Assembly: GCA_947253875.1 (NCBI GenBank)
Contig: CAMYAM010000006.1
Coordinates: forward strand, 34,604-98,603
Source: an uncultured Fastidiosipila sp.
GTDB lineage: Bacteria; Bacillota; Clostridia; Saccharofermentanales; Fastidiosipilaceae
DNA: 64,000 nt
Direction of reading: 5' to 3'
Under the pieces are notes generated by a model. It worked only from the letters and a program-made list of their open reading frames with translations, searched no databases and was not told the DNA's origin. Position 1 is the first letter of the stretch. Every line of letters starts with the position of its first letter. Below are positions 1 through 10,500 of the stretch, one piece after another. A program made the translations under genes and the position numbers.

Positions 1-232
1 AAGTAGCTAAAAAATAGTAAATAACATTAAGAGCAGAACAAACAAAATCAATAAGTTATAAACAACTAAAGATAGAAGTTTGAAAAAGGCAAAAAGGGTT
101 GACGTTCAAAAGAAAGAAGTAATAAAAACAAAAGTTATTAGAACGAAAAATGTTGAGTTGAAAAGAGTGAGTAGAGTGCAAATAATCTGAAGGTTCGCTG
201 GAGCAAATTTATGCGTTTTTTCCTTTTTTTTA

Positions 233-257
233 AGAGCCGGAAACGGCTCTTTTTTTG
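233..257 (+). terminator. Rho-independent terminator-like hairpin (agagccggaaacggctct + T7)
   Basis: Perfect 7-bp GC-rich stem with GAAA loop followed by a T-run. No ORF upstream in the window, so it may terminate an off-window gene or a small RNA. Confidence 0.45.
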
Positions 258-1143
258 TGCTTAAATTTGGAGAGACTTTTGAAGTAAAAAGTAAAATTGT
301 TTCAAAGAGTCATAACATAAATCAATAAAATAAACATAAATCAATAAAATAAAGCTGGTTTGTGCAGTTTCAACATTTAATAAGCGACATTTTTGTTTAC
401 TTGCCCAAAAATTAGCTCATCTAGCTCACACTACTTGACGAAATAAACAAATCAGGCTATTATTGAACCAAGCTCCAGGGAATACAGAACGAGTATTGAT
501 CCTAGAAATGCTTAACACCGTGATGTGGATACTACGGCACAGAAAATTAATCAGAGCTCTAACTCATAATAATTAAGTCTAAGGAGATCAAAATTTAGAC
601 TACACAAGATTGTAGAGATGATTTGAGTAGAGAGGTTAACGTTCAACTAAATAGTGGAGATGGATTGAGGGTTTATCCATAGAATAATAAGTGTAGACCT
701 TTACAAGATATTTATTATACGTGAAGATTCTTAGTTTACACGAGATAAGTTTTATAAGAGATCAAAATGATCTTTGAATTGCAAGAAAAGCAATAAAGTA
801 GAAGCTATTTAGAGGGATGAAAAGAAGAAAGTATTAAGTTAAGCTAAAGGATAAAAAGACTTCGATGGTTCGCTGGAGTTTTTTTGTGCCTTTTTATTTT
901 GCTTAAATTTAGATATTATCTGCATTTCTGAACAGGGAAACTGGGCGGAAATTTTTTTATGAATTTTTGAAAAAAACACTAGCAATATGCAAACGATAGT
1001 GATAAAATACCATTTAAAAGTTCGTGACTGGCCTTTGCACGTTTGCGCAAAAAAACTTTTTATGGAAATTGAAGGGCTTGAGTTTTTATAAATGCTCAAG
1101 GGGGTTAGCTATTCAATTTACTAAACAAAAAGGAAGGTTGCAA

Positions 1144-2439
1144 ATGAAAAAGGAAGATATGAATAATTTGCTCAGTCAGGATAATTTTTCTGATAATGAT
1201 GCAGTTAGTGTTCAAGACTCTGAGTTTTCTCAAGAAAGAGTTCCATTAAATAAACGTCAAGGTTTTTGGCAATTATTTTTCGTAATGGTTGGATTTACAT
1301 TCTTTTCTCCAAGCATGATCACCGGTGGACAGTTAGGAATAGGATTAAATTTCAGAGATTTCGTCTTAGCAGTTTTAATAGGAAATGGATTTTTGGCCGT
1401 ATATACAGGCCTTTTGGCGCATATAAGTCAGAAAAGCGGTCTTAACTTAGACCTTTTAGCAAAAAAGACTTTCGGAAGCAGTGGTTCAGTTTTGTCATCA
1501 GCTCTCGTGTCATTTACCCAGACTGGTTGGTTTGGAGTAGGAGTTGCGATGTTTGCTTTACCGGTAGCTGGAATATTTGGGATTAATAAATATCTATTAA
1601 TCTTGGTTACAGGCTTATTGATGACTCTAACAGCAGTTTTAGGTATTAAAGCGTTAAGTATATTCGGTGCCATAGCAGTGCCATTGATAGCAATTTTAGG
1701 TTCTTACTCTAGTGCGTTATCAATAAAAGAAGTAGGTGGATGGGCAAATATCTTTTCAGATAACCCAGCACAACCATTAACTTTAACCGTAGCAATAGGA
1801 ATGGTAATTGCAAACTTTGTAAGTGGAGGGACAAGTACTCCTAATTTCACAAGATTTGGAAAAACTAGTAAACAAGCAGTATGGGCGACAGTAATCGCCT
1901 TTTTCTTTGGAAACATTTTGATGATTAGCTTCGGGGCAATTGGTGCATCGGTCTATAATGAGGCTGATATATTCAATGTTTTGATCATTCAAGGCTTAAT
2001 GATTCCAGCAATTTTGACCTTAGGATTTAATATCTGGTCAACTAATAATAATGCTTTATATACTGCAGGTTTAGGAGTTTCAAATATTACAAAATTACCG
2101 ATCAAGTATAGTACTGCGATAATGGGCATAATAGGAACTGTTTCAGCGATTATCTTGTATGAAAACTTTACAAGCTTCTTGACTCTTTTAGGCACATTCA
2201 TTCCACCAGTTGGTGCTGTAATAATTATTCATTACTTCTTGAATAAAGATGATGTAAGCACAGGTAAGTTTGAGCATGGGAACAAACTGAACATTGCAGC
2301 TATTGTAGCTGTAGTTGTGGGAGCTTTATCGGCATTATTAATACCAGTAGGTATTGCAGCAATAAACGGCCTGCTAATTTCAGCAGTATTTTATCTAGTA
2401 CTTGTAAAAGTTATGCCAAGTGCAATTAAAAACAACTAA
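1144..2439 (+). CDS. codB: Cytosine/purine permease (NCS1 family)
   Basis: 12-TM protein with NCS1-like sequence, immediately upstream of cytosine deaminase. Start chosen at ATG 1144 (MKKEDMNN) with RBS aaggaagg 5 nt upstream. The ORF-track start at 1024 has no RBS. Confidence 0.8.
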   Translation: MKKEDMNNLLSQDNFSDNDAVSVQDSEFSQERVPLNKRQGFWQLFFVMVGFTFFSPSMITGGQLGIGLNFRDFVLAVLIGNGFLAVYTGLLAHISQKSGLNLDLLAKKTFGSSGSVLSSALVSFTQTGWFGVGVAMFALPVAGIFGINKYLLILVTGLLMTLTAVLGIKALSIFGAIAVPLIAILGSYSSALSIKEVGGWANIFSDNPAQPLTLTVAIGMVIANFVSGGTSTPNFTRFGKTSKQAVWATVIAFFFGNILMISFGAIGASVYNEADIFNVLIIQGLMIPAILTLGFNIWSTNNNALYTAGLGVSNITKLPIKYSTAIMGIIGTVSAIILYENFTSFLTLLGTFIPPVGAVIIIHYFLNKDDVSTGKFEHGNKLNIAAIVAVVVGALSALLIPVGIAAINGLLISAVFYLVLVKVMPSAIKNN

Positions 2440-2512
2440 CAACAAACAATAACTAATAATTAAAGTAGTTTTAGAATTTAATGTCTAAATAAAAAAGAAG
2501 GGGGATTCAACA

Positions 2513-3748
2513 ATGTTGATAAAAAACGTATATATCGAGAATAGTGAAGATCTATTAGATATAAGAGTAGAGGATGGAAAATTTGCTGAGATAGCAAAAG
2601 AACTAGAAGCAAAAGGTGAGGAAGAAGTTTTAGACCTCGAAGGGAAATTACTTTTACCACCTTTCGTAGAGCCACACGTACACTTGGATAGTGCTTTAAC
2701 ATCAGGAGATCCAAGATTTAATTCCTCAGGTACATTATTTGAAGGTATTGATATTTGGTCAGAACGTAAACCTAGAGTAACTCATGAAGATGCTAAGCAA
2801 AGAGCTCTCGCAGCAATCCGCAAGCAAGTTTCTAATGGTACACAATTTGTACGTTCACACGTTGATGTTACAGATCCTAATCTAACAGCGCTAAAGGCTC
2901 TTTTAGAATTAAGAGATGAGATCAAAGATGATGTAGTTTTACAAATTGTAGCTTTCCCACAAGAAGGAATCTTGAGTTTCCCTCGAGGAAAAGAATTAGT
3001 TGAAGAAGCCCTAAAATTAGGGGCAGATGCAGTTGGGGCAATACCTCACTACGAGTTTACTAGAGAATATAGCGTTGAATCCTTAAACTTCATTATCGAC
3101 TTAGCTCTAAAATATGACAGACTAGTAGATGTTCACTGTGACGAGATTGACGACCCAGCATCCAGAGGTTTGGAAACATTAGCAACTCGTGCTTTAGAAT
3201 CTGGTTTGAAAGGTAGAGTAAACGCATCTCATACAACAGCAATGCATAGCTATAACAATGCTTACTTTAGTAAGTTGACTAAACTACTAAGATTATCTGA
3301 AATTAACTTCGTCTGTAATCCATTAGTAAACACTCACTTACAAGGTCGAATTGATACATATCCTAAACGCCGTGGTACAACTAGAGTTCCAGAGCTTCTA
3401 GCAAACGGTAATAATGTAGCCTTCGGTCATGACGACATTCAGGATCCATGGTACCCAATGGGTGATGGTAACGCTATGGACGTTGTTAGAATGGGTGTTC
3501 ACGTTACACAAATGATGGGTTACGAACAGTTAATGGATAGTTACAAGTTAATTTCTACAAATGGTGCTAAAGTATTGAATGTTCAGGATCAATACGGAAT
3601 TGAAGTTGGAAAACCTGCAAACTTTATCATCTTAAATGCTAAGAACTGGTTTGAAGCAATGAATCTTCATGCAGAAGTACTATATAGTTATCATAATGGT
3701 AAAAAAGTTGCTGAAACTAAACCAAGATCAAAATCAGTTTTGATTTAA
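2513..3748 (+). CDS. codA: Cytosine deaminase (amidohydrolase superfamily)
   Basis: Near-collinear with E. coli CodA: PPFVEPHVHLD metal-binding motif, VHCDEIDD, SHTTAMHSYN, FGHDDIQDPWYP. RBS gaaggggga. Confidence 0.9.
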   Translation: MLIKNVYIENSEDLLDIRVEDGKFAEIAKELEAKGEEEVLDLEGKLLLPPFVEPHVHLDSALTSGDPRFNSSGTLFEGIDIWSERKPRVTHEDAKQRALAAIRKQVSNGTQFVRSHVDVTDPNLTALKALLELRDEIKDDVVLQIVAFPQEGILSFPRGKELVEEALKLGADAVGAIPHYEFTREYSVESLNFIIDLALKYDRLVDVHCDEIDDPASRGLETLATRALESGLKGRVNASHTTAMHSYNNAYFSKLTKLLRLSEINFVCNPLVNTHLQGRIDTYPKRRGTTRVPELLANGNNVAFGHDDIQDPWYPMGDGNAMDVVRMGVHVTQMMGYEQLMDSYKLISTNGAKVLNVQDQYGIEVGKPANFIILNAKNWFEAMNLHAEVLYSYHNGKKVAETKPRSKSVLI

Positions 3749-3792
3749 TTAGAATTAGCTGGTTTTAGCTTGTTAAAATAATCAATTAAAAA

Positions 3793-3838
3793 CAAAAAGC
3801 CTAATGTTCTAGTCTGTACTAGAGCTTAGGCTTTTTGA
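3793..3838. terminator. Bidirectional terminator hairpin between convergent codA and the hpt-like gene
   Basis: aaaaagcctaa...ttaggcttttt: 8-bp outer stem plus inner ctagt/actag pairing, flanked by A-run and T-run. Confidence 0.6.
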
Positions 3839-3872
3839 TTCATATTGAAACTATATTTTTATGAAACTAATA

Positions 3873-4430
3873 TCAATTTTGATTTTCGTCAGGTACCAGC
3901 TGAACTATGTCTTTGAACTGTCTACCTTGACTTTGATAGGAAATACCGTAACCGCAGAGCGAGTCATAGTCAGTTTTAAAACCAATGTATTTAAGAGGGA
4001 AAGGTAATAATTGCTGCTCAGGATTGTGTAATAAGGTACAGATTTCCAGAGAATTTGGATTTTTGCTTTTTAAGTGAGTCAGTAAGAAATGCATTGTAAA
4101 CCCTGTTCTAACTATATCTGTGCAGAGAATGCAGTCTTGCCCATCTAAAATAATTTCTTCGCTTTGGCGCAAAAATAGTAAAGGCGAGGCATCATCTTGT
4201 TGTTTGATACTACCCAAACGAAGAAATTCAATTCTGACATTCGGAATAATCTCTCGCATTAAGTCCGAAGTAAAGACTAATGAAGATTTTTGATTAATCA
4301 AAAGCGTAACTCCATTAGGATAGTCTTTTGAAATTTCTGCACCTAATTCTTTAACTCTTTCAGCGATTTGCTCAGCTGAAAAATTGATTTTTCTATTATA
4401 TTCTTCAGATGTTGGCAGCCTAAAATTCAT
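3873..4430 (-). CDS. Hypoxanthine-guanine phosphoribosyltransferase-like protein with degenerate PRPP-binding loop
   Basis: Aligns to HPRT over its whole length (…ICTLLHNPEQ…, GYGISY). The PRPP loop reads ILCTDIVRTGFT instead of VLIVEDIIDSGNT, so the acidic pair ED and the DSG motif are altered. The 11-nt overlap with the upstream gene suggests translational coupling. Confidence 0.65.
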   Translation of the reverse strand: MNFRLPTSEEYNRKINFSAEQIAERVKELGAEISKDYPNGVTLLINQKSSLVFTSDLMREIIPNVRIEFLRLGSIKQQDDASPLLFLRQSEEIILDGQDCILCTDIVRTGFTMHFLLTHLKSKNPNSLEICTLLHNPEQQLLPFPLKYIGFKTDYDSLCGYGISYQSQGRQFKDIVQLVPDENQN

Positions 4431-5445
4431 TAGAAATTCCTCCCGCTTTGTCTATATCTTCTTCGATTTTACGTTTAAATTTCTTTTTATCACTATGACT
4501 GAGCAATACTGTACTAGCTCTATCTAAGCTTCTGATGAAGTGATCAAAATCTTTTTTCTGTACCAACTTAATATTTATATTTGGATATAGTTCTTTAATT
4601 CTACGAATCTTACGTTTTTTCTCAGTAGAATATTTAGGATTCATTACAGTTAACTCAAGATAAATATCGTAATCTGGCAGATAAAAGTCAGGAGAGAAAG
4701 CAGAAGCTACAGTACCGTCATCATTCTGCTCTAGTTCAAAGGTAGTAGGCTCATAAATCCAACGAATATGGTACATATCTAAAACTTTAGCAAAAGCTAT
4801 TTCAGAAGGGTTTTTCATTAGGGTTGATTCTTCTTGGCGATGTTGAATTTTTTTGTTTTCAGCATCTGAATCATAGAGATATTCTCTAGCAAGACTATCA
4901 TTATATAGCTCTGTTGCCATAAGTACGGCGGCATCGACACTGACTTTTCCCGTGTTAATAGTTATGTGATATAAGAATGGATCTTTTGATTCTTCATCAA
5001 ACAATATCTTACCGTAACGCTTGAAATTCTTATCTGAAAAGTTCATTATTTGCGCTATTTCATCCTTGCTGTACTTCTTAGTCCTTGCCAAACGACGTGC
5101 ACGCAAATCTTTTGGTGCTGTTACATGGATGTGTACTGCGTTTGGATGCTGCGCAAGAAATAATGCAGGAACTGTTCCAAGAATTATAGCATTGCTTTTG
5201 TCAGCCAATTGATTGAGACCACGTAGAATGTTATCACGGAAGCTAATACCATTTTTGGCATTGCGCTCATAGTTTTTGGGGCTCTCGTCCAAGAGCTTTA
5301 GATCATAGTCGGTAGCAATATTTTGCAAAAATAAATTTGCCATGTCCGCCCTCTCGTATACAGGAATACCTAACTTCAGCGATAGGCGCTTAGCAAGTTC
5401 TTTTCCTAGAGTACCAGGTAAATGAGTTATTGTAATTACTGGCAT
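4420..5445 (-). CDS. Cytidylate-kinase-like (degenerate P-loop) protein with C-terminal Vsr/DUF559-like PD-(D/E)xK-type domain
   Basis: The N-terminal ~190 aa resemble the cytidylate-kinase-like family, but the Walker A is PGTLGKE (no GK[ST]). The C-terminal ~120 aa carry FELEQ…SPDFYLPDYDIYLELT, which resembles the DUF559/Vsr endonuclease-like core (F.RQ…DFy.p..lviElDG). Confidence 0.5.
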   Translation of the reverse strand: MPVITITHLPGTLGKELAKRLSLKLGIPVYERADMANLFLQNIATDYDLKLLDESPKNYERNAKNGISFRDNILRGLNQLADKSNAIILGTVPALFLAQHPNAVHIHVTAPKDLRARRLARTKKYSKDEIAQIMNFSDKNFKRYGKILFDEESKDPFLYHITINTGKVSVDAAVLMATELYNDSLAREYLYDSDAENKKIQHRQEESTLMKNPSEIAFAKVLDMYHIRWIYEPTTFELEQNDDGTVASAFSPDFYLPDYDIYLELTVMNPKYSTEKKRKIRRIKELYPNINIKLVQKKDFDHFIRSLDRASTVLLSHSDKKKFKRKIEEDIDKAGGISNEF

Positions 5446-5588
5446 ATATCCTCCATAATATTTAATTTTGGAATTGAGGGTGTCAATAGTATAATGAGAT
5501 TTAGCGTACAGATGTCAATTGCATTTGTATCTAATAATTAATAGTTTAACCTTTTAAAATGTTATTATCAATAAAAAGAGGTGAAGAT

Positions 5589-5843
5589 ATGATTAGAATT
5601 ATTATTACGCGCTCTCCTGAAATGGGATGGGATATGATTACTAGTTTGGAGTATTTAGAGGATAAATATACAGAAGCAGAGAAGCGTGAAATTGAAGCTA
5701 AATATGCAGAAATTGATAGCACTATGCTTGATCCATTTCAATTTGCGGATGCCAAAAATTATTTGAGCGAGAAGTTGGGTGTTCCAGCTGCTGAAATTGA
5801 TGTGCATACTCACATAGCTAATGCATGTATAGATTGCTACTAA
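5589..5843 (+). CDS. Small hypothetical protein (84 aa, C-terminal CIDCY)
   Basis: ORF with a good RBS (agaggtg) before ATG 5589. Divergent from the kinase-like gene. No recognisable domain. Confidence 0.4.
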   Translation: MIRIIITRSPEMGWDMITSLEYLEDKYTEAEKREIEAKYAEIDSTMLDPFQFADAKNYLSEKLGVPAAEIDVHTHIANACIDCY

Positions 5844-5974
5844 TAGTTTAAAACTGTTATATTAATTGACTTTAAAAGTTAGTAAAGCCATGCTGATGAG
5901 CGTGCACAATTAAAATTTATTAGAAAGATAAGTGTTTGGGATAAGAATTAGTATCTTGGGCACAAATAAAATAA

Positions 5975-6943
5975 GTGATTAATATATTATTGGCATTATT
6001 TTGCTTAATTTTATTTTTTTTAGCGATAAAGTATGATAGACGTTCTGTTATTACTGGAGTCGCTCTAAATTGTGCCGTGATTTTCGCATTGGCACACGCT
6101 GACCAAATGGCATATGTGGATGACCACCTAGTATGGTTCATTAATTTTTCTTACTTTGTTTTGCCAATGTTAACCCTGTTCGTTTTAGCTGTTTGGGAAT
6201 ATTTCCGCAAGCGTAAGGATGGTAGTCTACAAGGGTTTGAGAAAGGTCTTATTTTAAAAACTGCATTAACCTTGCTTTTTGTGGCTTTTTATCAAGTTTT
6301 AAAGTCATATGACTTTACCTGGTATATAGATACAAGCCTAGGTGCTATCGATGTTATTTTAAAGGCTTTACTATTTATTTCTCATAGTTACATTGTTACA
6401 GCTTTGATTAATTTTGTGAATTTGGAAACTCGAGACATCGACTATATAGTCGTTTTGGGGGCTAGATTAGATGAGCAATCTAAGGTAAGTGGACAATTGA
6501 AAAATCGTTGTGATGCTGCGATTAATTTTGCTAATAAAAATCCTAAAACAAAAATTATTATGTCTGGAGCAGTTTCAGGGACAGCAGAAATTAGTGAAGC
6601 TGCTGGTATGAAAGCATACGCCGTTACCAGGGGTTTCCCTGCGGAAAGAGTCTTAATTGAAGATAAAGCTGAAAATACTAATGAAAATATTAGATATTCT
6701 GCTGACTTAATGGAAGCTGGTTCAAAATTTGCAATTGTAAGTAATAATTATCATCTCCAAAGAGGTCTACTTATTGCTAGAAAATATAATATGGATTGTA
6801 TAGGAATTCCAGCCAAGGCAGATTGGAGAACAGCATCTTTGGGTTTTATTAATGAGATTTTTAAATATATCAGTAGATCACCTTTGATACCTGGGATAGT
6901 TGTAGCAATTAGCTTAATATTTTATATATTGCAAAGATGGTAA
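5975..6943 (+). CDS. Membrane protein with C-terminal DUF218 (YdcF/ElyC/SanA-like) domain
   Basis: About 4 N-terminal TM helices, then YIVVLGARLD…IIMSGAVSG…TNENIRYSADL, typical of DUF218. Start is GTG 5975 per the ORF track, with a weak RBS, so the start is uncertain. Confidence 0.6.
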   Translation: MINILLALFCLILFFLAIKYDRRSVITGVALNCAVIFALAHADQMAYVDDHLVWFINFSYFVLPMLTLFVLAVWEYFRKRKDGSLQGFEKGLILKTALTLLFVAFYQVLKSYDFTWYIDTSLGAIDVILKALLFISHSYIVTALINFVNLETRDIDYIVVLGARLDEQSKVSGQLKNRCDAAINFANKNPKTKIIMSGAVSGTAEISEAAGMKAYAVTRGFPAERVLIEDKAENTNENIRYSADLMEAGSKFAIVSNNYHLQRGLLIARKYNMDCIGIPAKADWRTASLGFINEIFKYISRSPLIPGIVVAISLIFYILQRW

Positions 6944-7018
6944 TTTCTATATTTTTTATAGAGTGGCGAAAGATTAGAATTATTCATGAAATAATGTAAA
7001 TTGAAATGAGGTAAGTTA

Positions 7019-7519
7019 ATGCAAGATTTTGTTAATTGGGTAGGTCAAATAGATAGCAGGAAGTTAATTATAATTTTAATCCTGATTTATTGGGTTTGGA
7101 CTTTTCTTCTGGAACTAAATAGAAAGAAACAAGTTACAGATAGATTGAAACGTTGGGATGAGATTAAACAAGAGCAGAAAGAAGCTACAGCTGAAGTAGA
7201 AGCTAATTACGTAAATAAATTCTCAATGTCCGCTAGAAAATCTGTTGATGATAATATTTATATAGATTATAAATTTAAAGCTGGTAAACAAGAGCATAGA
7301 GAAAGAGTAAAAGCTACTATTTTGCCAAAAGAGTTTCATCCGGAGAGAACCCGAAAAGTTTTTTATAAGAATTCAGATCCAAGTATCAATTTATTCGAAG
7401 TTGAAGTAGAACACAAAGACGAATTAATAAAAAAAGCTGAAAAGATCTTCAAAATAGATCTAATTGTAGCTTTTGTCTTGGGAGTATTGGCTATTATTTT
7501 GGTATTCATGTTTTTCTAA
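7019..7519 (+). CDS. Hypothetical membrane protein (TM at both ends, charged middle)
   Basis: RBS aaatgaggtaag before ATG. No recognisable domain. Confidence 0.45.
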   Translation: MQDFVNWVGQIDSRKLIIILILIYWVWTFLLELNRKKQVTDRLKRWDEIKQEQKEATAEVEANYVNKFSMSARKSVDDNIYIDYKFKAGKQEHRERVKATILPKEFHPERTRKVFYKNSDPSINLFEVEVEHKDELIKKAEKIFKIDLIVAFVLGVLAIILVFMFF

Positions 7520-7597
7520 GAGCAAAATTTTATCAAAGAAGTAATCGTTGATAGAGTAGAAGTGAGAGGTTTTTGTAAAAATTGAGGAGATGTAACT

Positions 7598-10500
7598 ATG
7601 TCAGTAATTAATATAAATAGTAACTGGAGCTTTAAACTGAACGAGAAAGTAAATCCAACTTCTTTGAATATAGAGGAGTTAAAAGAGTGGAGAAAACTTG
7701 ATCTTCCTCACGATTGGAGTATAGAGTTTGAATTCAATTCGCAATCTCTAGCTAATAATGAAGGCGGTTTACTTGATGGTGGTACTGCCTATTATGCCAA
7801 AGTATTAGATGTACCAGAGTCTTTGCGTAACAAAGATATTCGTATCCGCTTCGGTGGTATATACATGGATTCAACTTGTTACATTAATGGGAAATTTGTA
7901 GGAAATTATCCATTTGGTTATAACACTTTTTCATATAACATAAATGAGTACCTAAATATTGGTGAGCAAAACTTAATTTTAATCAAAGTAGAGCATCCCC
8001 AACCTTCTTCGAGATGGTATTCAGGCTCAGGTATTTATAGAGATGTAGATTTAATAGTTAAAGACAAAATTCATATTAAAGAAAATGGAGTATTTATTAC
8101 AACACCAAATATAGCTGAACAATATGGCAGCGGCGCGGGTGTTGAAACTCGAATTGAAAATAAGATTATTAATAGTTGCATAGAGAAGAGTGGTTTTGTA
8201 GAGAATGGCGCAACTATAATTTTGCAACAGTCGATTGAAGATGCTGATGGTAATGCAATTTCAGAACTAGCAGAAATGAAGTTGTCACTAGACAGAAGAG
8301 AATCTAAGGTAATCCAGAGCATATGGGTTAATGATATTGAATTATGGTCAATTGATTCTCCTAAGCTTTATTATGTAACTACAAGAATTTATGATGCGAA
8401 TGACAAGAGCTTATTAGATGAACGCAAAGATAGATTTGGTTATAGATATTTTGATTGGGACGTTGAGACTGGGTTTAGTTTAAATGGGCAGCACTTAGAT
8501 ATTCAAGGTGTCTGTATGCATTCAGATCAAGGAGCCTTGGGTGCAGTTGCTAATAAGAAAGCTTTTGTAAGGCAGCTTAAGATCATGAAGAATATGGGAG
8601 TAAACGCTATAAGAACTGCTCATAATCCTCACGATAAGAAGTTTATTGAAGCGTGTGATGAACTAGGCTTGCTGGTTCAAGAAGAGTCGTTTGATACGTG
8701 GAGTGGAAAACCTAAGAAAGCTTATGATTATAATCGTTTCTTTAACCAATTAGCTACACATCCAGATGCTGAAGCAGGACAAACCTGGGCAGAGTTTGAT
8801 GTAAAAGCTATGGTTAATAGAGACAAGAACTCGCCATCCGTATTTATGTGGTCTATTGGGAATGAGATCTGGGAGACTTCAGAAGATTATGGATTAGAAC
8901 AAGCTGCAAATCTAGTCAAATGGGTTAAAGAAATAGATCAAACTCGATATGTAACTATGGGAGAAGATAAGTTCCGCTTTGACCTGGAAAATGAAAACTT
9001 CCAAGAGATTGCAGATCTTCTAGATATAGTAGGGATTAATTATGCAGAAGATAATTTTGAACTTATTAGAGAGATGCATCCGCATTGGAAAATATATGGT
9101 TCTGAAACAGCTTCCGCAGTAAGTAGTAGAGGAATTTATTACGAACCAGCTGTTAAAGATAAAGCTATTACAGGTAATCCAGAGAAGCCATTAAGAAATT
9201 ACCAAACTTCTGACTATGGTAATGATAGGGTTGGTTGGGGCAAAACAGCTAGTGCAGTTTTAATATTTGACAGAGATAATCAAGACTATGCAGGTCAATT
9301 TATCTGGACTGGGTTTGACTATATTGGCGAACCGACACCGTGGCATAATGAGCCAGATACTCCAGCTAAATCCTCATATTTTGGAATTGTAGATACAGCT
9401 GGTTTCCCGAAGAGTGAGTACTACTTATATCAGTCGCAATGGGCTAATCCGAATAAGAAAATGGTACATATCTTGCCTCATTGGAACTGGAGCCAAGAAG
9501 ATAGAGAGATAACTTTTGCACAAGGAACAGACTTGAAGCGTGATGATAATAATATTCCCGTTAGGATTTACTCTAATGCCAATGCTGTTGAACTTTATCT
9601 CAATGGCGAATCTTTAGGCGAGAAGCGATTTAAGAAGAAAATTACTAGTTTTGGTAGGGAGTACCAAGAAGGACAAAGTGCTGATGAGCTTTATCTTGAG
9701 TGGATAATTCCTTGGGAAGCAGGAGAGTTATTAGCTATAGCCAAGGATGAAGCTTCCAATGAAGTAGCTAGTGATGCAGTTGTTACTGCGGGAGTGCCTG
9801 TAGCAATTAGGTTATTAGCTGAAACAGATGAGCTTAATATAGCCAAAGCAGACCTAGCCTACGTTCAGTTCGAAATAGTGGATGCTAAAGGTAATGTTGT
9901 TCCATATGCAGATGATTTAATTAATTTTGAGGTTATTGGAGCAGCAGATATTCTTGGTGTAGATAATGGTAATGCCAGCTCACAAGAACGTTATAAGTAC
10001 TTGGAATCTGATTGGAAGCGTAAAGCGTTTAGTGGTAAAGGTTTAGTAATACTAGGATCCAAGAAAGAAGCTGGCGATATACTCCTAAAAGCCAGTGGAG
10101 AAGGATTAGAATCTGCTGAAATAAAATTGACTGCAGTTGGTGAGTTTAAAGAAGATATTTTGGGCTACGATCTAAGTGAAATGTTTGTAGATTTAGACGG
10201 TGAGTTGAGTTTGCCTGAAACTATTGAGCTTTTATTTGCAGATGGAAGCAGTTTTATATCAAGAGTTAAGTGGGAAAATTTTTCTAAAGAGAATTTAAGT
10301 GAGCTTGGTAGCTTTGTTATTGAAGGAGAGTTAGAGTACGAACAATATCCTGTTGAAGTAAAAATTAATGTAGTTGATTTTTCAGATAGAACTGTAGATA
10401 GTGTTGTAAAAGATAAAGTAGTTATTAATCTTGGTGACTATTTGCAGTTGCCAGATACTGCTGAAGTTGTTTTTGCTAATGGGTTAAGAGAAGAACATGA

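Noticed and set aside
960-1143. Possible purine riboswitch or PyrR-binding attenuator upstream of codB
   Set aside because: I looked for the PyrR loop consensus (ARUCCNGNGAGGYU) and for purine-riboswitch conserved junction motifs. Only a 10-bp palindrome (TTTGCGCAAA) and a weak hairpin were found, with no convincing match.
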